From the NCBI GenBank assembly GCA_963802945.1, contig CAWDKY010000028.1, forward strand, positions 128,001 to 192,000: 64,000 nucleotides of DNA. The letters are read 5' to 3'. The notes beneath the pieces were generated by a model. The model saw nothing but the letters and a program-made list of their open reading frames with translations. It searched no databases and was not told the DNA's origin. Position 1 is the first letter of the stretch, and every line of letters starts with the position of its first letter. The DNA comes from an uncultured delta proteobacterium (GTDB lineage Bacteria; Desulfobacterota; RBG-13-43-22). A program made the translations under genes and the position numbers. Shown piece by piece: positions 9,977 to 19,676 of this stretch.

Positions 9977-10447
9977 ATGAAATTTGTAATCGTTACAATT
10001 GGAAAGATTAAAGAAGACTTCATTTTAAAAGGAATTAAGGAGTACAGCCATCGAATAGGACGTTACACCAAATTGGTTTTTTGCCCAATAAAAGAAGAAC
10101 GCCTTACTAAAGGGGCAACGGAGTCTTTGATATTGCAAAAGGAGGGGAAAAGAATATTAACCAAAGTCCCGCATGATGGTTTATGGGTGGCTATGGATCG
10201 TCAGGGACAGGAAATGAATTCCCTTCAACACTTTGAGTTTATCAACAAACAAGCTGAAATCGGGGTAAAAAAAATGTATTATTTAATTGGTGGTCCTTCG
10301 GGGCTTTCCCAAAAAGTTCTAAAACAATCCGACAGACTCCTTTCGCTCTCCCGGATGACTCTGACCCATGAAATGAGCGCCCTTCTCTTAATGGAACAAA
10401 TTTACCGTTATCTGAATTTCATGTCCGGAGAAAAATATCATAAGTGA
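9977..10447 (+). CDS. rlmH: 23S rRNA m3Psi1915 methyltransferase
   Basis: IGGPSGL, LSLSRMTLTHE, EQIYR, YHK C-terminus. Confidence 0.95.
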   Translation: MKFVIVTIGKIKEDFILKGIKEYSHRIGRYTKLVFCPIKEERLTKGATESLILQKEGKRILTKVPHDGLWVAMDRQGQEMNSLQHFEFINKQAEIGVKKMYYLIGGPSGLSQKVLKQSDRLLSLSRMTLTHEMSALLLMEQIYRYLNFMSGEKYHK

Positions 10448-10525
10448 ACGGTGTAAGGTCCAAGGCAAAAAGACATTGGCTCCCTTACCCTTCACCTTGA
10501 ACCTTGTACCGTGTACCTTACCTTT

Positions 10526-10750
10526 TCAGGCCGCTTCTACACTGGCCACTTCCGGAATCTGTTGTTTGAGGTATTTCTCAATGCCCATTTTAAGGGTCAT
10601 CTGGGACATAGGACAGCCCCCGCAGGCCCCTGTCAGACGAACCTTAACCTGCCCGGCGTCATTAACATCCACCAATTCCACGTCTCCCCCATCTGCTTGG
10701 AGTTGAGGTCGGATTTTATTTAACGCTTCTTGAATTTGTTCCTTGGTCAT
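10526..10750 (-). CDS. NifU/Nfu-type Fe-S carrier
   Basis: [23 protein letters not shown]. Confidence 0.92.
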   Translation of the reverse strand: MTKEQIQEALNKIRPQLQADGGDVELVDVNDAGQVKVRLTGACGGCPMSQMTLKMGIEKYLKQQIPEVASVEAA

Positions 10751-10999
10751 AGGTGTTCTCCTTAATCTTCTTTAATCCTGATATTCAGCCAGTATACCTT
10801 AGCTAACATACTCTAAGATAAAATTTACGTTCATTATAGCAAACATTGCGTCAATCCACAACCCGAAATCAATAAACGTAAATCTTTCCCCCCCTACCCT
10901 TCTTTTTTCTCTATTAGATCATTATTTCCTTCAGGCTGTAAGCTCATCCTTGCCATTTTTCATAATCCTTCCACCCTGCAAGGTACGTAGCGATGAAGC

Positions 11000-11142
11000 G
11001 GGGTTCCCAGCAGAAATACCCTTGACTGCGAACATTACCCTTATCCCCTTTGACCTTAAATGAGGCGATTGCCTTCCACTTCACCTTCCAGGCCGCAATT
11101 CTGAGCGCGAAGGACACAACTGGTCTTATATTGTGTTCCCAT
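11000..11142 (-). pseudogene. Remnant of a molybdopterin oxidoreductase 4Fe-4S N-terminus
   Basis: Reads MGTQYKTSCVLRAQNCGLEGEVEGNRLI, then in a shifted frame KVKGDKGNVRSQGYFC; truncated afterwards. Confidence 0.6.
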
Positions 11143-11184
11143 AATTCTTTCCTATCTCCATTAATTTTTATATCTTATACTCCA

Positions 11185-11770
11185 TCAGATTTCGATGGAT
11201 TGTGGACTACCTAAAAATGAATATTTTACAATATGGAGAAAAATAAAAAATCCTAAAACCGCTATAAATAAAAGGAACAAGAAGAAAATGAACCCAATAT
11301 ACCAGACCCAGCGATTGACTCCGCCCAGTTCGGACAGGGAAAGGGCTATAGGGGTTGTCCCTCGGCGAGATTTGTATTCCAGAATTTTTTTTCTGCTATG
11401 CAAATAATAAAGATAATTGCCGACGATTCCCCAACCGATCATAGTCAGCGGTAAGGCCACCGGAGTAAAGGCGATAAAAAAGGCCAATGAGGCCCAAAGA
11501 TACATTTTTCTGTAGAGCATCCATATAAATCCCAGGAAGAAAGCCGACCAGCTCCAGGTAACCGCGAAACTGGTTGTCCCCTTGTCCCAAAAAGAACGGA
11601 ATTTGTTCAAATAGTAATCGGCCTTGTTCCCGATAAAAGCCCTGAACTCTTCTTCAATAATCGTTTCATTCGAGGGACCGATCACAAAAGGAGCGATCTC
11701 TTTTCCACAGTGGGGACAAAAGACACTTCCCATTTCCGTGGCTTTACCACAATGCCGGGCAGAAAGGCAT
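11185..11770 (-). CDS. Zinc-ribbon plus DUF2628-like membrane protein, frameshift near the start
   Basis: SD GGAGGAGG and ATG at 11770 give MPFCP..CGK; second CPHCG; TWSWSAFF...WMLYRKMY...GNYLYY. Confidence 0.75.
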
Positions 11771-11803
11771 TTTCCTCCTCCTAAATCCCGGTAATCTGTG
11801 CCT

Positions 11804-12461
11804 TCACTTCTTGGGATACCCTACCGATTGGGCCAGAGCAATCTTCTGGTCCGGTCGAAGTAGCAGGGCCTTAGCCAGAGCTGGTTTGTCAATGGAGGCC
11901 CGCACACCGGTAGCCAATCCTTCCGAAGCACAAAAAAGATACACATTCTGGACGATCACACCCGTGTCGGCAGCTGAATAAAACTCTTTATCTTCATTAG
12001 AGGCTTTGCCCATTCTTCGAAAAATCCGCCACATAAACAAGATTAACGGAGGCCTCCTTGACGAACGACTGGCGGCCGGTCATCCCTCGGATATCTCCCT
12101 TACTGACTGGTTGTAAAAGGTGATTTTTAGCATCATATAGATAGACACCTTCAGGGAGGACCACATAAAGTTCAATTTCCTGCCAGTTCACGGCCGAGGG
12201 GGCGGTACGTTTTCCTGAATCCGGCCTGTTGATTCCAAAGGCCGCCCAAAGCAGATTGGAAAGCATTTGAAGGGGTGGTTTCTCCGGACTGAAGGCCCGG
12301 TCAGTCTTCCGATCTTTCAATGCCTGCATCAAGGGGCGACCGCCATCGGTTTGGGGTTTCAATAGTTGGATCGGATTGAGCTCCTGGGCGTAAGTTATAA
12401 GGGGAAAGATAAACATCAGGGTCAAGACCAACGCAATGGTTTTTAAGCCTCTTTTTTTCAT
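11804..12461 (-). CDS. SagB/ThcOx-like nitroreductase, frameshift near 12020
   Basis: LSNLLWAAFG, RTAPSAVNWQ, then QNVYLFCASEGL and QSVGYP in the second frame. Confidence 0.85.
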
Positions 12462-12699
12462 GATCGTTTTCCTTTGAAATATTAATAAAGATTATTCGAC
12501 TGCCAATATTTATTTATAATATCTCAATTTAAAAGAAAATGTTATAAAAAATATATTGCTTGCAAATCCGGCTGATGGTAATTATTTTTCTTATAAAAAA
12601 AAGTATCAGGTAGGTTTAAAAGGTCTTCTTATTCATTTCAGGGAAGACCGAAGCAGTATCTTAATCCAGTAAAATCTTTCAGAGAAATCGGAGGGCATC

Positions 12700-13312
12700 A
12701 TGATCGTTAAGCAAATACCCATAGGGGCTTGGGATGTTTTCAGTTACCTTATCGGAGATGAGAAAACAGGGGAGGCCATGGTTATCGATCCGGGCGGGGA
12801 CGTGGACCTCATAGTGGCCAAAGCCAAGGACGAAAATCTGAATATCAAATACATTTTTAACACCCATTCCCACGGGGACCATACCTCCGGCAATGCAGCC
12901 TTGAAAAAATTGACCGGAGCCAAAATCGTTATGCATGCCCTGGAGGACAATTTAGTTAGAGGAGAGTGCAAAGGCGGACATTCGATTGAAAGATGAAAAA
13001 ACATTCAAGCTGGGTGAAATAACCTTTCAGGTTTTCCATACTCCGGGTCACTCCCCGGGCGGGCTTTGCCTCTACGCTGAAGGGCAGCTGTTTACCGGCG
13101 ATACGCTCTTTGTGGGAGACAGCGGCCGTACGGATCTGGCCGGTGGAAATCGCCTCGCCCTGGGCGCTTCCATACGCAGACTTATGGAACTTTCGGAAGA
13201 CACGGTTGTTTGGCCCGGTCATGATTACGGGCCGACTCCCAGCTCCACATTGGGTTGGGAAAAGAGAAACAACGTCAACGCCAGGGAATACGGGTATTAT
13301 GTGAAAGACTGA
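12700..13312 (+). CDS. MBL-fold metallo-hydrolase (glyoxalase II-like), frameshift near 12960-12990
   Basis: THSHGDH, HTPGHSPG, FTGDTLF, PGHDYG. Confidence 0.88.
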
Positions 13313-13324
13313 TAACCCCCGGTA

Positions 13325-14422
13325 TCAGGAGTTGAACTCTCGGCCGGCGCGTTTATTGACCGCACAAATGGGGTCGTCAGGATTCCATTTGCCGCTCTGC
13401 ATGGGTTTAAAACAGGCATTGCATGATTTGCAGAGCAGAATCGCGTCGGCCTTCCCTTCCTTCACTTTTTTCGGCCAGTACGGATCGGCGACCAACTGCC
13501 GGGCAATGCCAATAAGGTCGGCTCTTCCTTCTTGCAAAATCGATTTAGCCACTTCCGGCAGGTTGATCCGTCCCACGGCCATTACAGGAACAGAAACGAA
13601 TTTTTTTATGGCCTCAGCCAGATAGACAAAAGTACCCATCTTGGCCTGTTTCATGGGTGAGGCCTTCCGACCGACCGGAAGACCTATCGAGACATCAAAG
13701 ACATCGACCCCTGCCCTTTCAAGTTCCACAGCAAAAGATTGACTTTCTTTAATCGTGATACCGCCGGGTCTTTTTTCTTCTGCTCCGATTCGATAGAAGA
13801 TAGGGAACTCTTTGCCAACAGTCCCTCTTATGGATTCGACTATCTCGAGACTAAAGTGCATGCGTTTATGAAGATCACCGCCGTACTCATCCGTTCGTTT
13901 ATTGTCCGCTCCTGAAAAAAATTGACAGGGCAGATAACCATGGGCACCGTGCACTTCAACAAAATCAAACCCTGCTTCTTTGGCCACCCCGGATGCTGCC
14001 CCGAATTTGTGAATAATGGATCTTATTTCATCCTGGGTCAGTGCCCGCTTATTGTCTATGGCCGAAGGGGCTGTCAGTTGTGCCCCGGGAACCATCAATG
14101 AGCCGTCCCCCGCAGGCAACTGGTTTCCATGCCAAATTTGGATGCCTATCTTAGCACCGGCATTCCTGATTTCTTCGTTAAAGGACTGCATGCTTTCTAT
14201 AAAGCGCCGCACCCCATCCTGCCGACCCCAAGCCTGGTCGTCGATAAAGAGATCCACCGAAGTCGCACACATGATGATGGCCCCGGCGCCTCCCTTGGCC
14301 CGCTCCAAATAAAAGGCGCGGGCTCGCTGGTTTTTTAAGCCCAACAACAGTTGCATGGGCGGCATGACGATACGATTTTTTAACGTCATGCCTCTTATGG
14401 TTATGGGTTCAAACAATTTCAT
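13325..14422 (-). CDS. NADH:flavin oxidoreductase (OYE family) with C-terminal Cys cluster
   Basis: LKNRIVMPPM, EVHGAHGYL, NKRTDEYGG, CKSCNAC. Confidence 0.9.
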   Translation of the reverse strand: MKLFEPITIRGMTLKNRIVMPPMQLLLGLKNQRARAFYLERAKGGAGAIIMCATSVDLFIDDQAWGRQDGVRRFIESMQSFNEEIRNAGAKIGIQIWHGNQLPAGDGSLMVPGAQLTAPSAIDNKRALTQDEIRSIIHKFGAASGVAKEAGFDFVEVHGAHGYLPCQFFSGADNKRTDEYGGDLHKRMHFSLEIVESIRGTVGKEFPIFYRIGAEEKRPGGITIKESQSFAVELERAGVDVFDVSIGLPVGRKASPMKQAKMGTFVYLAEAIKKFVSVPVMAVGRINLPEVAKSILQEGRADLIGIARQLVADPYWPKKVKEGKADAILLCKSCNACFKPMQSGKWNPDDPICAVNKRAGREFNS

Positions 14423-14435
14423 TGACGAATTCCTT

Positions 14436-15578
14436 TCAATCCTTTTCTTGTTTTTCCCCGATCCGTTCCAAAAACTTCTTTTGACGTGTTCGGTCCCATC
14501 GGGAACAAAAGATCGGTTTGCCGCCGGCTAAACGGTTCATACACAATGAGCAGGTGGGTTCACAGGAAACAATCGGCTCGAGCACTGTTCCCTGGGCCTT
14601 CCTAACCCAAAGAGGATCAGTAAATAAGACTCTGGCCAGACCGACCAGATCGGCCTGTTTTTCTTCGATTATGCGATTGGCGAATTCCGGAGTTTTTATC
14701 CTTCCGGCAGTGATTATCGGCATCTGGGGGACCGCTTCTTTTATCTGCCGGGCAAAAGGGACCATATAGCCTTCCTTCTTTTCTGCCTCAACACATTCAG
14801 GAATAAAAAAGGAGTCATAAGTGCCGGCCATGACCGAGAGATAAGCCAACCCGCGCTTTTCAAGTTCCTTGGAATAAAGGGCCGTTTCTTCTAAATGCAG
14901 CCCATCAGGCAGCCATTCATCGGCCAGAAAACGATAGCCTACTGGGAAATCCGGACCCACAGCCTTTAAAACCTCATCAACCACTCTCAGGGGGAAACGC
15001 ATCCGGTTTTCCAGAGATCCACCATAGGCATCAATCCGTTTGTTGATTCTGGGCGACAAAAACTGGACGATCAGATACCCGGTCCCGCCATGAAGTTCTA
15101 CACCATCAAAGCCGACTTCTTTGACCCTGCGAGCCGATGTAGCAAAGGCCTCGATGGTCCGCTCGATATCATCCTCGGTCATTTCCCGGGGAACGGTCCC
15201 CCAAGTATCGACTGGTGAAGGGGCTATTTTCTCAGGTAGATAAGCATAGCGTCCGGTATGGTTAAGCTGGAGAATAGCTAAGGCCCCTTGCTGATGAATG
15301 GTTTTGGCCAGGCCGGAAAGACCGAGGAGAAACCGCTTCTCATCGATGCGCAGCGTAAAGGGGGATCCCAGGCCAATGGGATCAACACCCACATTTTCCA
15401 CAACGATCATAGAGACCCCTGAGGAGGCCATTTCCTGGTAATGATCCAGGACTAAGGAATTAACTGTGCCGTCCGGATTGGCATAACCGAGGAATAAGGG
15501 AGCCATGGTGATCCGATTTTTTAAGGTCAGGTTTTTTATTTGCAAAGGGGAAAACAGGGATGGATATTTGATACTCAT
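14436..15578 (-). CDS. NADH:flavin oxidoreductase (OYE family) paralogue
   Basis: LKNRITMAPL, ELHGGTGYL, YGGSLENRMRF, CEPTCSLC. Confidence 0.9.
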   Translation of the reverse strand: MSIKYPSLFSPLQIKNLTLKNRITMAPLFLGYANPDGTVNSLVLDHYQEMASSGVSMIVVENVGVDPIGLGSPFTLRIDEKRFLLGLSGLAKTIHQQGALAILQLNHTGRYAYLPEKIAPSPVDTWGTVPREMTEDDIERTIEAFATSARRVKEVGFDGVELHGGTGYLIVQFLSPRINKRIDAYGGSLENRMRFPLRVVDEVLKAVGPDFPVGYRFLADEWLPDGLHLEETALYSKELEKRGLAYLSVMAGTYDSFFIPECVEAEKKEGYMVPFARQIKEAVPQMPIITAGRIKTPEFANRIIEEKQADLVGLARVLFTDPLWVRKAQGTVLEPIVSCEPTCSLCMNRLAGGKPIFCSRWDRTRQKKFLERIGEKQEKD

Positions 15579-15674
15579 AGGTCTCTCCTTTCAGATTTGT
15601 TAGCTCAAGACAAAAATTGAAATCCTTTTCTTCAACTTTTTAACTTTGAGTTTTGAATTTTGGCTATCCTTAGA

Positions 15675-16643
15675 TTAAGGAGCCTTGTATTCATTTAGAT
15701 AGAGGGTAATAATCTGTTCACTTAAGCTGTAGGGATCCGATTTTTTATTAACCAGTTCCTGGATAAACTCCTCCCATTGACCAGTGCACGTCAGATTTTC
15801 CATAACAGTCTGAACAACATCCTGTTTAACCAGGTCAAAGAGTTCCATACGGGCTCGGTCATGTTGAAACTTTTTTAAATAGGCCGCATCTTTTTGAAAA
15901 AGAAAGGTTCGATGTTCCTCGATACCGGCCATCAATTCATTAATTCCTTCATTTTTTACCGCTTCAGTCGCATAGATGATCGGTTTCCAATCCCCTTTTA
16001 ATTTACGGGCTTTATCCATCTCGATCATCATCTGAAGTTCTTGACGAGTTTTATCGGCCCCTTCCCGCTCACATTTGTTGATGACAAAGATATCTCCGGC
16101 CTCCAGGATACCAGCCTTGATGGCTTGAATATCGTCACCCATACCCGGTATGAGGACAATCAGGGTGGTATGAGCGGCCCGGACGATTTCGATCTCGTCC
16201 TGTCCGACCCCAACGGTCTCCACCAGGATATAATCCTTGCCCGTGGCATCCAGAACAGCGATTGCCCCGCGGGTCGAAGGTGTGAGGCCGCCGAAATGGC
16301 CGCGTGTGGCCAGACTGCGGATAAAGACCCCCTCATCGGTGCTGTGCCTCTGCATGCGTATGCGGTCTCCAAGGATGGCCCCACCACTGAACGGGCTGGT
16401 GGGGTCCACGGCCAAGACCCCGACCGTTTTCCCTCGGGCGCGCAGAACCTGGATCATGCAATCCACCAGGGTACTTTTTCCCACGCCGGGTGAACCGGTA
16501 ACCCCAATAACATAGGCCCGGCCAGTATGAGCGTAAAGTTTTTTTAAGATTTTTCTGGCTTCAGGCTGGCCATCGTCGATGTCGCGGATCAACCGGGCTA
16601 CGGCCCGAAGGTCTCCGTTCAAAATTTTTTGCGTCCGGCCCAT
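15675..16643 (-). CDS. meaB: MeaB/ArgK GTPase chaperone of B12-dependent mutases
   Basis: GSPGVGKST, VDPTSPFSGGAILGDRIRM, ETVGVGQ. Confidence 0.95.
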   Translation of the reverse strand: MGRTQKILNGDLRAVARLIRDIDDGQPEARKILKKLYAHTGRAYVIGVTGSPGVGKSTLVDCMIQVLRARGKTVGVLAVDPTSPFSGGAILGDRIRMQRHSTDEGVFIRSLATRGHFGGLTPSTRGAIAVLDATGKDYILVETVGVGQDEIEIVRAAHTTLIVLIPGMGDDIQAIKAGILEAGDIFVINKCEREGADKTRQELQMMIEMDKARKLKGDWKPIIYATEAVKNEGINELMAGIEEHRTFLFQKDAAYLKKFQHDRARMELFDLVKQDVVQTVMENLTCTGQWEEFIQELVNKKSDPYSLSEQIITLYLNEYKAP

Positions 16644-16944
16644 ACTTACTGAAACAGTTCCCTTTCCGTTGAAGCTGGGGGTTTTCTACAATTCCTTTTA
16701 GAAGCGAAAAAAGCAGATATCGTCTAAATTCTATTTATTTTGTTAAACATGAAGTTATAATTTTGAACCATTTCACTCGAATCTTTAGCCTCTTGAATTC
16801 AGGTTTTAATGCTACCCCATTCTTCTTTTTTTTCAATAGATATTTTACTTTAATAATACATGATTTCTGAAGGGTGTAGTTTTCATCTGACAAATTCAAG
16901 GATGGCGCCCTGTTAGTTTCCAAATTATTTATATCTTTTTTTAA

Positions 16945-17150
16945 TCTGATAGGTGGAAAACGACTATCGGTTGCTGCCTAGTGAATAGGGTCTGAAAAAA
17001 CGAGACATGAGGCCCTAGACTGGTTTCTGTGCCGGAAGGACATGTCTTCCTCTGGGAGTCAGGAGCCGGAACACACCAAAATGATCGCTCAGCAGGGGAT
17101 AAAACGTAAGGAAGTCAATAAAAAAAACATGAAATGTCGTGCCGATAGCT
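16945..17150. ncRNA. Candidate structured non-coding RNA, family and strand undetermined
   Basis: GC-richer island in an AT-rich intergenic gap with nested stems TGCTG/CAGCA, TAGGGTC/GGCCCTA, CCGG/CCGG, TCCT/AGGA, CTATCGG/CCGATAG. Confidence 0.5.
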
Positions 17151-17331
17151 TCCTGTTTCCAACCGTTCCCTATCGACCAGGTTGTCCTTGTATTTTAACA
17201 ATATTGCTCTGGAATTTTATGAATTTGCTTGATTTATTATCTGAATTTGATTAGTAATAATTTTTAGTACTACTGGTACAAGATCAGATTTTTCTGGCAT
17301 AACCAACAAAAAAAGTAAAGGAGAATGTATT

Positions 17332-18543
17332 ATGGCACAAAGAGAAGTTGTTATAGTTGAAGGGGCCCGGACAGCTTTCGGTCGTTTGGGTGGAACCCTT
17401 AGGGACATTGGCGCCTCAAAACTGGCCGGAATTGGTATCAAAGGTCTGGCAGAAAAGGCAAAAATAAAAGAGAAGGGGGTTGTGGTCGACAGCGTATTTT
17501 TAGGCAGTGCCGCTCATTGCTCGATTGCCATGAACCCGGCCCGCTGGGCCTTGCTGGATGCCGGATTGGGCTATGAAGTTACGGCCTCTTATATTGAAAT
17601 GCAATGCGGTTCGGCCATTGATTCCATCAACCATGCTGCCTGGAAAATCCTGGCCAATCAGGCCGACGTGGTTATTGCCGGAGGTATGGAGTCCTACAGC
17701 CAGCTGCCCGCCAAGTTTTCCATGTCCACCCCCCCCTATAAACTGACTCCACCCATGCCTATTCGACTGCTGCTTTCGCCGGTCATGGAGGAAAACCTGG
17801 GCATGGGTATTACCGCGGAAAACCTGCAGGCCATGTATAATATTCCCCGCGAGGCCTCCGATGAATTTGCTTATAACAGCCAGATGCGGGCCAAAGCGGC
17901 CATGGATGCGGGTAAATTTATTGAAGAGATTGTCCCGGTCGTCTTCCCGGCTACGCGAAAAACACCGGAAGTCGTTTTTAAGGTGGATGAACACGTCCGT
18001 CCGGAATCCAAATTGGAAGTCATGCTTAAGCTGCCCCCGGCCTTTAAAGAAGGCGGGACGGTAACCGCAGGCAATTCCTCCGGGCAGAACGACGGGTCGG
18101 CTTTTGTGCTCATCATGAGCGCGGAGAAGGCCAAGGAATACGGTTATCAGCCCTATGCTAAGTGGCTGGCCGGTGCCGAAGCCGGCGTTGATCCAAAGAT
18201 CATGGGTATCGCCCCGGCCTATGCCGTTCCGAAGGCCTTAAAACGAGCAGGACTCAAGCTTTCCGATATGGATATAATGGAATGTAATGAGGCTTTTGCC
18301 GTTCAGAATCTGGCCGTAATCAAAGAACTTGAGAAGCAGACCGGCTCCAAGGTCGACATGAGCAAATGGAACCCTCTAGGAGGGGCGATTGCCTTCGGGC
18401 ATCCCAATGGGGCATCCGGAGCCCGTATATGCATGTTTGCCATGAAGGAAATGGCCCGAAGGGGTGGGAAATATGCTTTCTTTTCTTCCTGCTGCGGCGG
18501 CGGACTCGGCGTGGCGTCGGTTATTGAAAACTTAAGGCGATAG
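17332..18543 (+). CDS. Thiolase family protein
   Basis: QCGSA, NEAFA, GGAIAFGHPNGASG, CCGGG. Confidence 0.93.
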   Translation: MAQREVVIVEGARTAFGRLGGTLRDIGASKLAGIGIKGLAEKAKIKEKGVVVDSVFLGSAAHCSIAMNPARWALLDAGLGYEVTASYIEMQCGSAIDSINHAAWKILANQADVVIAGGMESYSQLPAKFSMSTPPYKLTPPMPIRLLLSPVMEENLGMGITAENLQAMYNIPREASDEFAYNSQMRAKAAMDAGKFIEEIVPVVFPATRKTPEVVFKVDEHVRPESKLEVMLKLPPAFKEGGTVTAGNSSGQNDGSAFVLIMSAEKAKEYGYQPYAKWLAGAEAGVDPKIMGIAPAYAVPKALKRAGLKLSDMDIMECNEAFAVQNLAVIKELEKQTGSKVDMSKWNPLGGAIAFGHPNGASGARICMFAMKEMARRGGKYAFFSSCCGGGLGVASVIENLRR

Positions 18544-18640
18544 GGTTTCGTCAAAACCTCAGATTTTTTTAGGCGGTTTTTTTGTGGCGTGGAAATTAAT
18601 AAACCGCGAGATAAAAGTCGAGGAGTCTAGAAGTTAAGAG

Positions 18641-18677
18641 AAGTCAGGACCATCAGCAACGCCGGTGGTCCTGACTT
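18641..18677. terminator. Hairpin between convergent genes, probable bidirectional terminator
   Basis: AAGTCAGGACCA ... TGGTCCTGACTT, perfect 12 bp arms. Confidence 0.7.
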
Positions 18678-18704
18678 GTTTCTTATTGATCGTTGTCGCC
18701 TCTT

Positions 18705-19469
18705 TTAAGTCTCTTTCCAGACCGCTTTTCTCTTTTCCAAAAAGGCCTTCAAGCCTTCTTCGGCATCCTGGGTTTTCATTAATTCCTGAAGATAGATTTT
18801 TTCGATTTCTTTCAATCCCAGGGAAGAAGGGTCCATCAAGCCGGCACGAAAGGCTTTTTTGGTCAAAAACATGATCAAACCACTTAGCGATAAAAGTTTT
18901 TCGCAGAATTTTTCCAGCTCCAATTCCAGGGTTTCAATGGACACCACTTTATTGATCAGCCCTAAAGACAAGGCATGCTGAGCATTGATCGTTTCTCCCG
19001 TCAGGATCAATTCCAGGGCTTTTTTCCTGTTTATGATTCGGGGGAAAATCAAAGCGGCTATGGGCGGGAAAACCCCTACCTGAATTTCAGGTTGTCCGAA
19101 TTTGGCCTTTTCCGAGGCCAGGACCAGATCACAATATAGGGCTAACTCACACCCGCCTCCCATGGCCGCACCCTGCACCGAGGCTATAGAAACAGCAGGC
19201 AGGGCATCCATCCGCCTGAAGATCCCATGAAAGACCTCGATCATCTCTTCTACTTGGTCCCCGAGATGTTCCCCAACATCCACCCCGGCGGAAAAGGCCC
19301 TGCCCTTGGCCTTGAAAAGAAGCAGCTTGATTTTCTCTCCTTTTAAAGAATCCAGGGCCTGATTGATTTCTTTCATCATGGCGATATTTAGAACATTAAG
19401 GGGTTCCCGGTTTAAGATAATCGTGGCCAATCCTTCTTTTAATTCTGTTTGGATGTGTTGATAGTTCAT
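18705..19469 (-). CDS. Enoyl-CoA hydratase, resembling cyclohexa-1,5-dienecarbonyl-CoA hydratase (Dch/BamR)
   Basis: AFSAGVD, GGGCEL, FGQPEIQVGVFPP, C-terminal EKIYLQELMKTQDAEEGL. Family is secure, subtype is inference. Confidence 0.8.
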   Translation of the reverse strand: MNYQHIQTELKEGLATIILNREPLNVLNIAMMKEINQALDSLKGEKIKLLLFKAKGRAFSAGVDVGEHLGDQVEEMIEVFHGIFRRMDALPAVSIASVQGAAMGGGCELALYCDLVLASEKAKFGQPEIQVGVFPPIAALIFPRIINRKKALELILTGETINAQHALSLGLINKVVSIETLELELEKFCEKLLSLSGLIMFLTKKAFRAGLMDPSSLGLKEIEKIYLQELMKTQDAEEGLKAFLEKRKAVWKET

Positions 19470-19537
19470 TTATCCCCCCTTAATTAAAAGTGACGTTTAG
19501 TACCATTTGAATTTTAAAAAACTTTCTGGAAAAAATG

Positions 19538-19676
19538 TGATGGTTTTGAAAAAAGCTCCAGAGGCGAGGCGCGTAAATCCTGAGGAGTGAGGCGTACTAT
19601 CATGTATGCTGCAACGACAAAGGATGCCGCGGAATCCGCGAAACGCGGGACTGATGGACTTTTTACGAAGCCATCA
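19538..19676. repeat. MITE-like element with terminal inverted repeats
   Basis: TGATGGTTTTGAAAAAAGCTCCA ... TGGACTTTTTACGAAGCCATCA; one end overlaps the prfB stop. Confidence 0.7.

Noticed and set aside
16902-16917. Sigma-54 promoter TGGCGC-N4-TTAG
   Set aside because: The -12 element lacks the invariant GC.
17030-17045. SRP RNA, suggested by CCGGAAGG
   Set aside because: Lacks the flanking CAGG and AGCAGC of SRP domain IV.
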